DNA from: Raillietiella orientalis
Lineage: Eukaryota
Assembly: GCA_036172245.1 (NCBI GenBank)
Contig: JAYWIR010000013.1
Location: 496,001 to 560,000 of the forward strand
Length of the DNA: 64,000 nucleotides
Direction of reading: 5' to 3'
Shown: piece by piece, positions 38,751 to 49,500 of the stretch
Layout of the letters: every line of letters starts with the position of its first letter
Position numbering within the stretch: position 1 is the first letter of the stretch
Notes under the pieces: model-generated
What the model was told of the DNA's origin: nothing
Seen by the model: the letters and a program-made list of their open reading frames with translations, nothing else
Database searches by the model: none
Position numbers and translations under genes: made by a program

Positions 38751-41027
38751 ATTTTTCTGAGGAAGTTCGACTCTGATTTTTTTCTACTTCCAAGTTATGG
38801 ATTTGATTGACATTGAGAACACAGATTATACTCGATACATAGTTACTGTTGCACAAAGCAATATACACTGCTATTTCAAAATCGAAGAATAATAGACAAT
38901 AACTTTGCTTGGAATTAACAAACTGCGGACTAAGAAGTTTGGAAACAGATAACAGATTTTGTGGCATTGTTTAAATGATTATAATTCAGTTATTATGCTC
39001 ATAAAATTTTTGAGAATCTTGCGACTTTCGAACAAGATAAAACCATATTGGATTTACAATTACAAAAACGCTTTGAAAGAAATCATATTAAGAATAATAT
39101 TATAATATTGGAATGCTTGCCATATTTGATGGAATAACAGCTAATGTGTCTAAAATCTACAGTAAGCTTGACGGCAGACAGACAGAATTATTCGTTTCGA
39201 GGAACAGGTGGAATGTTATCATAGTAGATTGCTATAATTGTTTTTAAAAAATTGATTTATTTAAAGCAGACCATTCTGGAAATTTCATATATTGTTTCCG
39301 GTAAATGAACAGTGCATTCGTTATTATTGTCACTTATCTGACCTACTATCCAATTATACCATTTCAAAATGCAGAACCTCATGTTTTCCCAAACTTTTGT
39401 CCTTTTTCCATGTCCTCTTCTTACCCTCTTTGTGCATGCCCAAATTACTTTACATGTTCATTTGAACTTCAGTTAAGGCTTCCCTGATACAGCTGCAATA
39501 GCCACAAATAGAAGATGAGAGACTAGACAGATCAATCCATTTAGGTATTTTTCTGGTTGTAATACCCTTTACCTCTTGGTGAGTTCATGACTTAGCATTG
39601 GTTATTTGTTCGAATTAGCCATGTGTTTTATAATATCTGCACATTAAAATAAGCAAAATCTTTAATGATCCAATTCTAGAATTTATTTCAGAAAGTCTAC
39701 TCAGTAAATTTGGTTTTATCACACGTCAAGCTGCCTTTTTGTTTGACATGTGTTTCCTTAGATTCATGAGTAAATCCTAGTTTCAAGAACATTTTGATTT
39801 TATTACCACTGCTTTCTAATTCCAGATAGAGTCTATTATATCAGGATATATATTCAAATTAACCGGTTTTAATACTTTGGAAATCGTATTGGAAGGAAAT
39901 TGCTCACGGCAATATGCAATAATTTCTAAACCTCAAGATTCAAATGCTACTCAAAATTGGAAACCCAACAAGCGTTCGTTCACGTACTCCAAGAGCTTCT
40001 TTATTTGTTTGGCTTCCCTTGCAATATAGCTTATTTACTGAATGGTTGAACCATCTTCATGATAAATTGTTTCCTCCTTTCCAGTGTTTTTTTTTTTTTG
40101 GAAAATTCAGCAGGACAAGTCACGCTCATATGCATGAATTTCATTTTATGCATCCTTTAAACATAAGTAATAAGTGAGGAGGAACCAGACGAAATAATTT
40201 GCAGCATGTTTGCATTGAGAATTTTCGCGTCTTTACATAAATGTGAACATGGGGCGTTAGTCGAAGATAATTCTGTACCCTTTATCTATCTGCTCATGAG
40301 ATTTCCACGATGCTGATACGTGAAAAAATATAGCATTCATTCCCAAGGAATGCATGTTCTTTATACATGATGCACTCTTGACTATACTCCGACTAGATTA
40401 GAGGAATTTAAGGTTTTCAACATTCCTAAGCTACTTTTCAGTATTCACAGGAAATCTACCTCTTATGAAATCAAAACCCAAACTGAAAATTCAAATTTGT
40501 GTCTTCGGTAAAAATTCTTAGAAAACATTTGTGTATTAAAATTAATTATTGACTGTGATGGGTCGAGGAATTATATTTGATGATTTCCTAATTGAGAGCC
40601 ATACAAAACATCATGCTTGATGTTTCACGCCTTTGTGAGTGGAAATTTTTAGAGATTAAAAGTAAAAATTATGCTTTTATTATGCTTGTGCTTGGGGCAT
40701 TTAATCGAACTGACGATCCCTTACATACATCTGATAGTTCGAAAGCTCTTGTGTTCAGAAAACCGTCACTCGAGATATTATTTTCGTCTTAGCCTTGAAA
40801 GTTTGAATTTAATGTTCAAACATATGCAATTTAATCCAATTAACATGAACCTATGCTACAGAAATATTTTCATCATTTATATAGCAGTATCGATTTTTAC
40901 CTCAAATTTCCCAAAACTATCCAGCAAGCCTTGATTTGTGTGCTATTTCGTTTGCGGCATGGCTTCAATGCAGGTCTATTCGATTCCATCAACAGAAGAG
41001 CATGTTGAAACGATTATGCCATGACCA

Positions 41028-41661
41028 ATGGAAACATCAGAGGATAAAACTTCTAGAATTAGGTGGGTTAAAGACCGCATTTCTCAACAAGAGGTGAACA
41101 CTATGGTTTTTCTGTTGAAAATACGTACTGACATCAAGTACCTATTAGTTTTGTATGTTTTTTTGTTTACGGAATGTTTGCATCCTAGATTTCGACCAGA
41201 TGTTGTGAAGAAAGTGATTACCTCTATACTGCACGAAACTCTGGATGGGAAAGCTTATGAAACAACAGAGGTATCAAGTTGGTGTAAATACATCGCAGAT
41301 ACTATCAAGAAGAAATTAAGAGGTAGTGTGTACTATTATTTTTGGTGATGTTATGATTGATATTTAACTCAAGTAACGCGGTATTGGGTTCTAAGTACCT
41401 AGAGCATTGATAAGCCGTGCACTTTGTAGATTCAGACCAGAAGCAAGAAAAACTTGTAATTCATGTCATAATTGGCCAGCAAAAGGGTGAAGGTGTAGAT
41501 GCATGTTGTCGGTGTCTTTGGGATACAGATACTGATAATTTTGTATCTGAAACTTTCTTAAATGTAAGGATTTCTCTTGTTAATATGATATGTCACGTGC
41601 TTCTCTTTTTAAGGATACCTTATTTTGTGTAGCTTCTGCTTTTGTACTTTATTACTATTGA
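41028..41661 (+). CDS. Tctex1-domain dynein light chain, closest in motif pattern to TCTEX1D2/DYNLT2B; 4 exons, about 141 aa
   Basis: Exons 41028-41137, 41189-41322, 41430-41563, 41614-41661. Translation includes FRPDVVKKVITSILHETL..Y..IADTIKKKLR..KLVIHVIIGQQKGEGV..CRCLWDTDTDNFVSETFLNDTLFCVASAFVLYYY*. Start codon tentative. Confidence 0.88.
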
Positions 41662-41752
41662 TGGTATTTTCAAATGGATATTATTCGGAATTCCATCATC
41701 ATATTATAAAGGACAATCTTGATCAATGACACAACTTCACTACTAAATTTTA

Positions 41753-43742
41753 TTATAATTCTGTTTTTAAGATACTATTTGCTCTGGATGCTAGACGCTC
41801 ACATTTTTTGCACTGTTTGTTCTGATTAAAACAGCTCTTATGAAAGCAACTGCCACAAACTGTACAGGTGATTGTTTGATTGGTATGAAAAGGGAAAATT
41901 ACTTCTGAGCTTTTACAAAATTCACATAATGATCCCTGTCCATGGCACAGCTGAAAATTTAGTTAGCAATTAGCCAATAATGATATTACTTACTTCACAA
42001 TGCATTATGTGATCAGTCCATTTGTCAAGTAATTGTTTCAACTGAATTTTCATATTTCCTGACTTTACTTGTAATAGCAGTGACAAAGAATACAGATGAC
42101 AGTCCTTCCAAATAAATGAAGGAATTTTGTTAAGGTCCAGCCCCTTTCTGAATGATATGAACATAGCATTGAAGACTGAATGCACTTACGATTTTGCAGC
42201 CTTACAGGTCTGAAGAAAAGCACTACAGAAACCAAGCTGTTGTCTTAATTCTTGAAATGCTTGTAATGGTCGAGAAATTTTGTAAAGATCTGGATTAATG
42301 TGAGTTATGCTAAATAATGGTTCATCTGCAATACTCTCAAGTAATTCCAAAGAAAAATTTGATACTGCATACCTTGAAAAAATTAGTAACAATGTGCTCA
42401 AGATAAATACTTACTTTTTGAAATCCCAATGATACAAAATACGTGCAGGAATCACAGATGTGGACTTTTTATGACAAGAGGTGCAAAAATATCGGCCCAA
42501 GTATTCACAATATAAAAACTGCTTTAAGGAAGCAGGATTTGATCTTAAACCACATCCATGACAGCGGTATGCTTGCTTCATGAGTAACTCACTCCGACTT
42601 GAAAAACAGTATCTGTATATTAGGATTATTAAAATTATTTACACCTAATATGAGGGTGAACAGTAAAAATAATTTGTCGCCTTGGAGGAGCCCAGGAGTT
42701 AGTTCCACGTATGCTACTTTTTCGTTGGTAATCTACATTGAGAACACTTCTGTCGATTTTCAATGAAGATACTTGAGTTTTCAACTAATAAGAAAAGTTC
42801 CCAACAATTCAGATTCTAGCAGTGGTGCATTTCCATGTACATTTTATTGTAACTTTAACAATGTTCACATTAAAAACATGCAATAAAATAATAGTGAGAA
42901 AAATTCAGGAACAAAGTTAATGACAAGTACCTTTTCTAACATATCTGTATCAATCTGAGTGTCATTATTTAGAGGGCTGTGCATCTGATCGAAAAATACA
43001 TTCATCACCTTAAACCCATATGCTAATGCAGAATTATGTAGTGAATCTGTAGAAATTTGAATCATTTTAAAATTTTAGTGGACTGCATTTTTTCTAATAT
43101 AGTTGTTACAGTTACCTATTTCATTCAATTTAAGATCATCTATTAATCTGAGTAGTTCTAGAGAATTGTCTGCCTGCTTCATGAAACAAAAACTATCCTC
43201 TGGCCAATCTACATTCAAATGAACATCACTTACAAGTGTTTGAGGCTCATCATCAGAATCCCTCCTCTCACTTGGCCCAGGGATTTCGTTTGCTTTGGGT
43301 TTCGCAATAACTTCATCGAACAAAACGACTTTCGCCTATGTTTGGCAAAAATGACTTGCCTCGATAACTTAATGCTTTACATACCAATTCAGTTACTTCC
43401 ATCATTTTATCTGCCACAGTGAAATATTGGTTCTCTCTATCCAGATTGAGTACAGTTTTGTTATATTCTCCAAATCCAAATTCCGCATCTTGTGCATCTA
43501 AAAATTAAGCATTACTACTTGGAGATCTACTTTCTGCTTCATCGCAATTCATAATACGTAAATCAGGAAAGATACCTTGGGTTTCCATAAAATATGCGAC
43601 ATCTACAATAAGAAGCACATAACTTAAGAAGTGAGAAATTATGCCAACGTATTCACTTGAAGTTTCATGGCCAAAGTTAATGTTAAAGTCACATCTTGCA
43701 AATTGCTCTAGTACATATGGGGACGCAGCAATACCAAAAATC
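41753..43742 (-). CDS. RUBCN: Rubicon-family autophagy regulator (PI3K-binding helices + Rubicon-homology Zn domain); 5' end incomplete
   Basis: Firm exons: 43497-43385, 43335-43116, 43046-42931, 42784-42645, 42597-42415, 42372-42190, 42147-41994, 41950-41753. Tentative exons: 43742-43657, 43602-43576. Motifs: LDRENQYFTVADKMMEVTEL (cf. LEKENAHF), IRGTNSWAPPRRQIIFTVHP, QAYRCHGCG, YCEYLGRYFCTSCH, VIPARILYHWDFKKYAVS, HIMHCELCHGQGSLCEFC..VIFPF..C..CGSCFHKSC..CKKCERL. Confidence 0.9.
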
Positions 43743-43949
43743 CTTGTAAGTGACATTCACATGTTTTCTTCCTACCGTGGTTTATAAAAATATCAGTCGA
43801 AGGGATGCGTATCACTTGGAAGGTATATTAACAGAATCAAGAATATTAGGAAGAAAATTTTAGAAGCGCTTGAACTCGCATTGTACTTTTGATTTCTCGT
43901 ATTCATCATATAGTTTTCAAATTTCAAAAACAGAACAATGAGTTTTACG

Positions 43950-44292
43950 TATGGAAATATAATGGGAAATGAATCTTCTAATGCTGAGTGTGTTGATAAA
44001 ATATCGATGCCTAGAAATAATGGCATCCCGACTATCAATTCTTAGTGAACCTATATATCTCCTACGGAAATAAAATTTAGGAAACAAAATTTTGTAAACA
44101 GTTTGTAGCGTAGTGATTGGAGTCGGGGAAGCAGATATACTTAGGATGTATCCAATATAAACAACTGCAGTGAACAGTCCACCCATTACAGTCATTTTCA
44201 TTTACGATCCTTTTCCATTTTTCTTGATACTTGTCCTCAGTCCACTCGTACAAGGCGAAGCAGACACTGTACTCATAGTGCTGTAAATCATC
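43950..44292 (-). CDS. Putative upstream Rubicon exons encoding a degenerate RUN-like segment
   Basis: Open exon 44292-44141 (DDLQHYEYSVCFALYEWTEDKYQEKWKRIVNENDCNGWTVHCSCLYWIHP) joins in phase through a 79-nt GT-AG intron to 44061 (RYIGSLRIDSRDAIISRHRYFINTLSIRRFISHYISI). The W..L.W.HP pattern recalls the Rubicon RUN domain. The junction to 43742 and the start codon are unresolved. Confidence 0.4.
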
Positions 44293-45710
44293 CTAGAGGT
44301 GTAGACAAATTAGCATATCTTATTTTTCTAATATATATATCTCTATTTTCTAATACTGGTAAGTAACGAATATCTTCTCTTTACTGAGGTTTATCTAGTT
44401 AATTATGACGCTTTTATAAGAATTTCTATATAGAAACAGCCAATCACAGATGATCGTTTCTCAAAATAGAACTTCTGTCAGTGAATGATCCTTTCCGTTT
44501 CACGACGCAGAAAAATTCCTTGACATAAGACTTTGAATATACAAGACTTTTGCTAATACAGTCTGCTGTTCTCTATGGATACATGCATTAAAAAATTAAG
44601 TAGGCATTTATGTGTTCTTAGTTCTCATCGTGTATAAAAAACCGCCATGAAGAGCACTGTGCCTGGAGTGGAAAGCATGAAAATGAAGTATACAATTGCA
44701 TTCATAACACGGGTGCTTATAATGTGTATAAGTACACTTATACTGATAATCTGGGTTTTTACAAAATCTTTGCGTTGAACAATTGAAAGATCATTATTCT
44801 TTCTGAATCGTTTACCCCTTGTAAATTTCATTGTTGCCAAACTACTTTTATTAGAATGTTTTTTAGATCATTAGCACTTGTTAAATAGAATGACGGAATT
44901 CACTACGCTATACTTTATGGAAAATTAACGTACAATATTTGAAGGAGGTCTTTCGGAGACAAGATTCCTTATTATCTTAATGCTAATGATCGTAATCAGA
45001 GCCACTATTTTAACGGCACTTCTTGTTTTGCAGTAACTCTCACTATTGATGCATGTACTAAACTTTGCTGAAATAATGGAATATGTTATTTTTCAAGCAG
45101 TCAATTGATTTATGTTATAGGAATGGTATATTAGCAAAGTATGTTGATAAATAAATGATTTTCCCTTTTATTTTGGCGGTTATCGATCCTTATTACCGAA
45201 ATTCCTCAATAAGGTGTTTTCCTGATGGTTTTTCTAAACTTCTATTAAACTTAGCTAGACATGCACACCACTTAATCAAATAAAGTATTCATTGTGGTGC
45301 TTATGCAAAATTACTGGTAATACCTTTATAACTGCAAAGTTTTGCTCATGGATGCGTGTTGCTGGAGTTCCAGAGTAACTTTGTGTACCAAATAGTTTAA
45401 GTGTTTTCAATTCTTTAAAATCGACGTTATATGCCGTAACGATTGCTTCAGATTTCACTCCAGAAAGATTACGAAGTCCTACAATGCAAATTAAATGTAT
45501 TTGACATGAACCTATACAGGTGAGTAGAATATGGTGTGATGATTATACTGTCTATAAACGGAACTTGTGCCTTAAATGTTTTTTTTTGAGCGAGAGTTTC
45601 CCATTTATTATATGATTTGTTGTAGCATATGGAAATTAAAGTATAAAGATTTTTTACATTATTGAGGAATTCTTTTGAATGTTCTTTCTTAGCGATTTTG
45701 AATTATTTAT

Positions 45711-46504
45711 ATGTTAAGAAAGTTTTGGTAAATAGATTATTGATAACATGCGTTTGTTTCTAAATAAAGGTATTCTACTTGGAAAACTATGTTTTTCCGA
45801 TTCTCAACTTTCAAGAGCGCAGTATCTCTATGCAAATTGTATCCTGAAAGTGATTTGAATCCCTTGAAAATGTGGAAGGTAACTATTGTATATTACAGTC
45901 TTAAGCATTCTTTGATGTGTGTTTTAGCCATCATTGCCCGAATCTGATAATTTTAATGGGTATATTCCAATAGGTAATTTTAGTATTGTATACATTAAGC
46001 TCTATTCCATTTTATAGAGGAATTGACAGTAAGTTACAGCAGAAGTAGTGGGCCAGGGGGGCAGAATGTAAATAAACTAAACACAAAAGTGGACGTAAGA
46101 TTCCATGTTCCATCAGCCAAATGGCTGTCAGAAATGATGAAATCAAAGATCCTTGAAACTGCAAGTCAGAAACTTACTGGTGTGCGTGTTATTGTTTCAT
46201 TTTTAGTATCACTCAAAGATCAGTAGAGATGGATTTTTGATTGTTAAATCTGATAAAACTAGATACCGGTTAATGAATCAAGCTGATGCAGTTACTAAGC
46301 TTAGGACATTGCTTTGGAATTTGAATGAATCAACCAATGTAAATATAGAAGAAAATGAAGAAACTTTCCGCAGAAGGTGGGTTCAGTATGTTTTGAAGTG
46401 TTTAAAATGTTTTTAGACATGAGAAAGCAGTCAGAGAACGTTTAAAAGAGAAGCGGAGAAGATCTGTAATAAAAACAACCAGACAACTCTTGTGGACAAC
46501 TTGA
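45711..46504 (+). CDS. ICT1: Mitochondrial peptidyl-tRNA hydrolase ICT1 (mL62/MRPL58), 6 exons, 190 aa
   Basis: Exons 45711-45727, 45770-45878, 45928-45973, 46018-46160, 46207-46376, 46417-46504 (573 nt). Basic N-terminus [31 protein letters not shown], then [61 protein letters not shown] and a basic tail [12 protein letters not shown]. The first exon is tentative (alternative ATG at 45789). Confidence 0.93.
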
Positions 46505-49500
46505 ATCAGTTTTGTTTATCACAAAAGTATTATCAGCATAGACTCATTAGTTCTTTAAATGTTCCACTTCGTTTCTTGAAATTTTCCCATTGATTATTTT
46601 TTATCTAGATGATATTTAAGATTTTACTGAAAAGTGTTAATTGCCTAGTTCATATAAAAGATCAGGGACTAATGCACAATTATTTATGTCAGTTTCTTTA
46701 GAATTGTTTGTGATGTTGAAGGATTTTATATCAAAAAGAAAACTTTGTTTGATAGAGAGATAAGGTCAGCTGACAGTTTCTTGATTCATAGTTCTGGATT
46801 CAGTTTATCACAGTGTGGAAAATTGGAAATGAAAGTTGCACTGATCCATGGAGTTGCAGTTGTTTACATATCTCCCTAGATTAGTGTCATTTGCACTGCA
46901 TTGGGTAAATGATGTGAAGATCACTTGAGTGTTCTCCAAAGCAGGCAGTTATTTCCTCTGTTAGCATTTGTTTAGTCACCTGTTAAAACGATTTATTCCA
47001 TTCCAAATGTTGAAAATTCACATGCCAAAAGATATTTAATTCCTTATGCTAGTTGAGTACTTGAAAAATGCTCCCTGTGTTGAATAAGTACTGAGGTATA
47101 TTGACCTAGACACAGCAGCAGAATGATATAGACATTAGTTTTCTATTTATTTAATGTAATTTATACAATTTCTTGATACCTGTGGTGATTCTGACTGCAA
47201 TTATGAAAATTGGAAGCTGGCTCAGCAGGTAATAAGTAAGGTTAAATTATTTTTTAAAACTGCATGCAGTTTCACTTTGGTAATCGAATGACCTCTGCAG
47301 TATTGCATTACTAAAGTGAATAACATGAAAATTAAGTCCTTGGCGAAGTATAATCAATTCATATTATGCCCTTGGAGGTTTTGAAGCACTTCATAAAGTT
47401 TTTGACACTACTTGCATTTGTCTGTTGTAACTGATCTTTGGAGATGCACGTACAACATATGTACAGCAGGTGCTTGCATTGTCATTCATGAAAAAGAGTA
47501 TCTCAGTTGATACAACATGAAGCAAACATCCTTAGTTAACATGAGGATATAAAAAAGTTTCTGAAATTTCCCACCAAAGCATTACTTTCTAATGATAGTC
47601 GAGAATACCAAAGTTTTCATCTAATAATATAATTTAAACTAGTCATCTGAAGACGTTTCTTAAAGCAGCTGATGGCCGTGTTCATTGTCTCGTTAACCGG
47701 AAAGAGGATTCTATGGAGTGATCCTATGGAAAATAACTATCATTGCTTGCACATGCTTGAAGATCTCTTTTAGTCAAAGGATCGGTTGAAATCAGAACTG
47801 AAGCATCGAGAGATGGCATCTAAATAACACCTTAAAGATATCAACTTCTCATATCGACTGATGTTGGCTGTCGATATTTGGGTTTCAACACTTTCAATAG
47901 TTGCTTTCAGTGCAGCTCCGACGTCATTTTCCATGACCCTCGGACCAGTTCTGCACAGTTTCACGTTGAATTCTGTAGTCATCGACACTTAAATCGATTT
48001 TCTGCATCTACCAGTACTAGCTCCTGAGTGATTCCCCGAAGTCTCCGTGCTACTTTGTTTTCATCATGGTTTTACCGGATAAGCTGCGAGAAAATGAGAA
48101 GTCATAACGAGCCTTCAAAGTGACTGCAAATTCTTGATGCGGAAAACAGATCTTATTTTTAGAAAACAATTCGGAGATTTCAATTCATTTCTCTCTTAAA
48201 TAGGGATTTCTCTATCCGGGGCAGTCTTGTTTAATGCCATTAATTTTCTTGAGAAGACGCATTTGCATAAATATCTGCTTCGCTGACCTCGAACACTGAT
48301 GGTTCACCAGGTGCCTGAAGTTATCAATCTGGTGCTCCTAAGACATTTATGACGTATATGCAAGCTAGCACTACTTCCTAACCTACTGTCGAAGTCTCTC
48401 AATCTTCATTACAGTTTTTCCAAGTTTTATGGATTTCTTTTAAGTTACTGCCATAGTGATTCGGAAATTCTCTCACCAACTTGAGAGAATGGCAGTTCGA
48501 AATTCTCGCAAAGCGGTCCGCCGCTGCCACATCTCTCTTGCTTGAAAGTGGAGTATTTTCTTTTGGGAGTCATGGAGAATAAATACACCAGAAAATTCTT
48601 GATAGAAAGTGAACCAGGCGGAGGTCACGTTTATTTTGAGCATCTAAAGAGGAATTAACAAATTATACGAATACTGATCACAGGAAAGTGCTGACCTGCT
48701 TCGAGACAGCAATGTGAAAAGAGAATTTGAAGAATCGAACAACCTGCATTCACGAATGCCTTGAATAACCTGTATTCACATTGTTTTCCTTTATCGTTGA
48801 ACTATTAAGGCATTTTGAAAAAACCGCTTTATTCCATGCCAAAGTTGCATTCCAACAGAAGCATTCGTTCAAACTGATGATGGGTCCATGAACGAGCAAC
48901 GTGAATAAAGCAAACCAATTACAACAAATAAATGAAAAAATACATATCAAGATGATTACTCTAAGCTGCTAGCTGTAGTAAACTGAAACATGTTCACTGA
49001 TTCTCCATCTTAGGAAATTATAAAATTCTAAAAGAAATGGGCATTCGGAGATAAGTGAGGGTATGGTTTCATAAATGAATGACTTGTGAGAGAAAATGTT
49101 TAGACTTGGAAAATCGAGGAGGTTAATGACGGATGATGTGTTAGACTTCTGGAAGCAGATCCATGATCACTTGCAAAGACCTCGTTTTCTTCAAGACTTC
49201 TTAAAAGATACATTTCTTATAATTATTTAATTTAGTTAAAGCATCTTCCGCTCTTCGTTTTGCTTTTTTTTTAAATATGCTTTGCTTGAAATTTCTTTAG
49301 AATTTTATTCCATATTAAATATAAGTTCAAACACAGCGAACTACATTCATCTCACGAGGAAGAGACTTTCTTTATTTTAATGAATTAAGTGACTGTCCAT
49401 TTTCACGATCATTCTAATATGCTGCATAATGTCCTACATCTTAATAAGTTCAAACATGAACATATGTTACAACTTCAATCTATGAATAGTGTTGGTATTC

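Noticed and set aside
1388..41661. A ciliary/mechanosensory cluster (NompA-like ZP gene plus Tctex1d2-like dynein light chain)
   Set aside because: The genes are about 25 kb apart, in different compositional domains, with unrelated genes between them. NompA orthology is not established.
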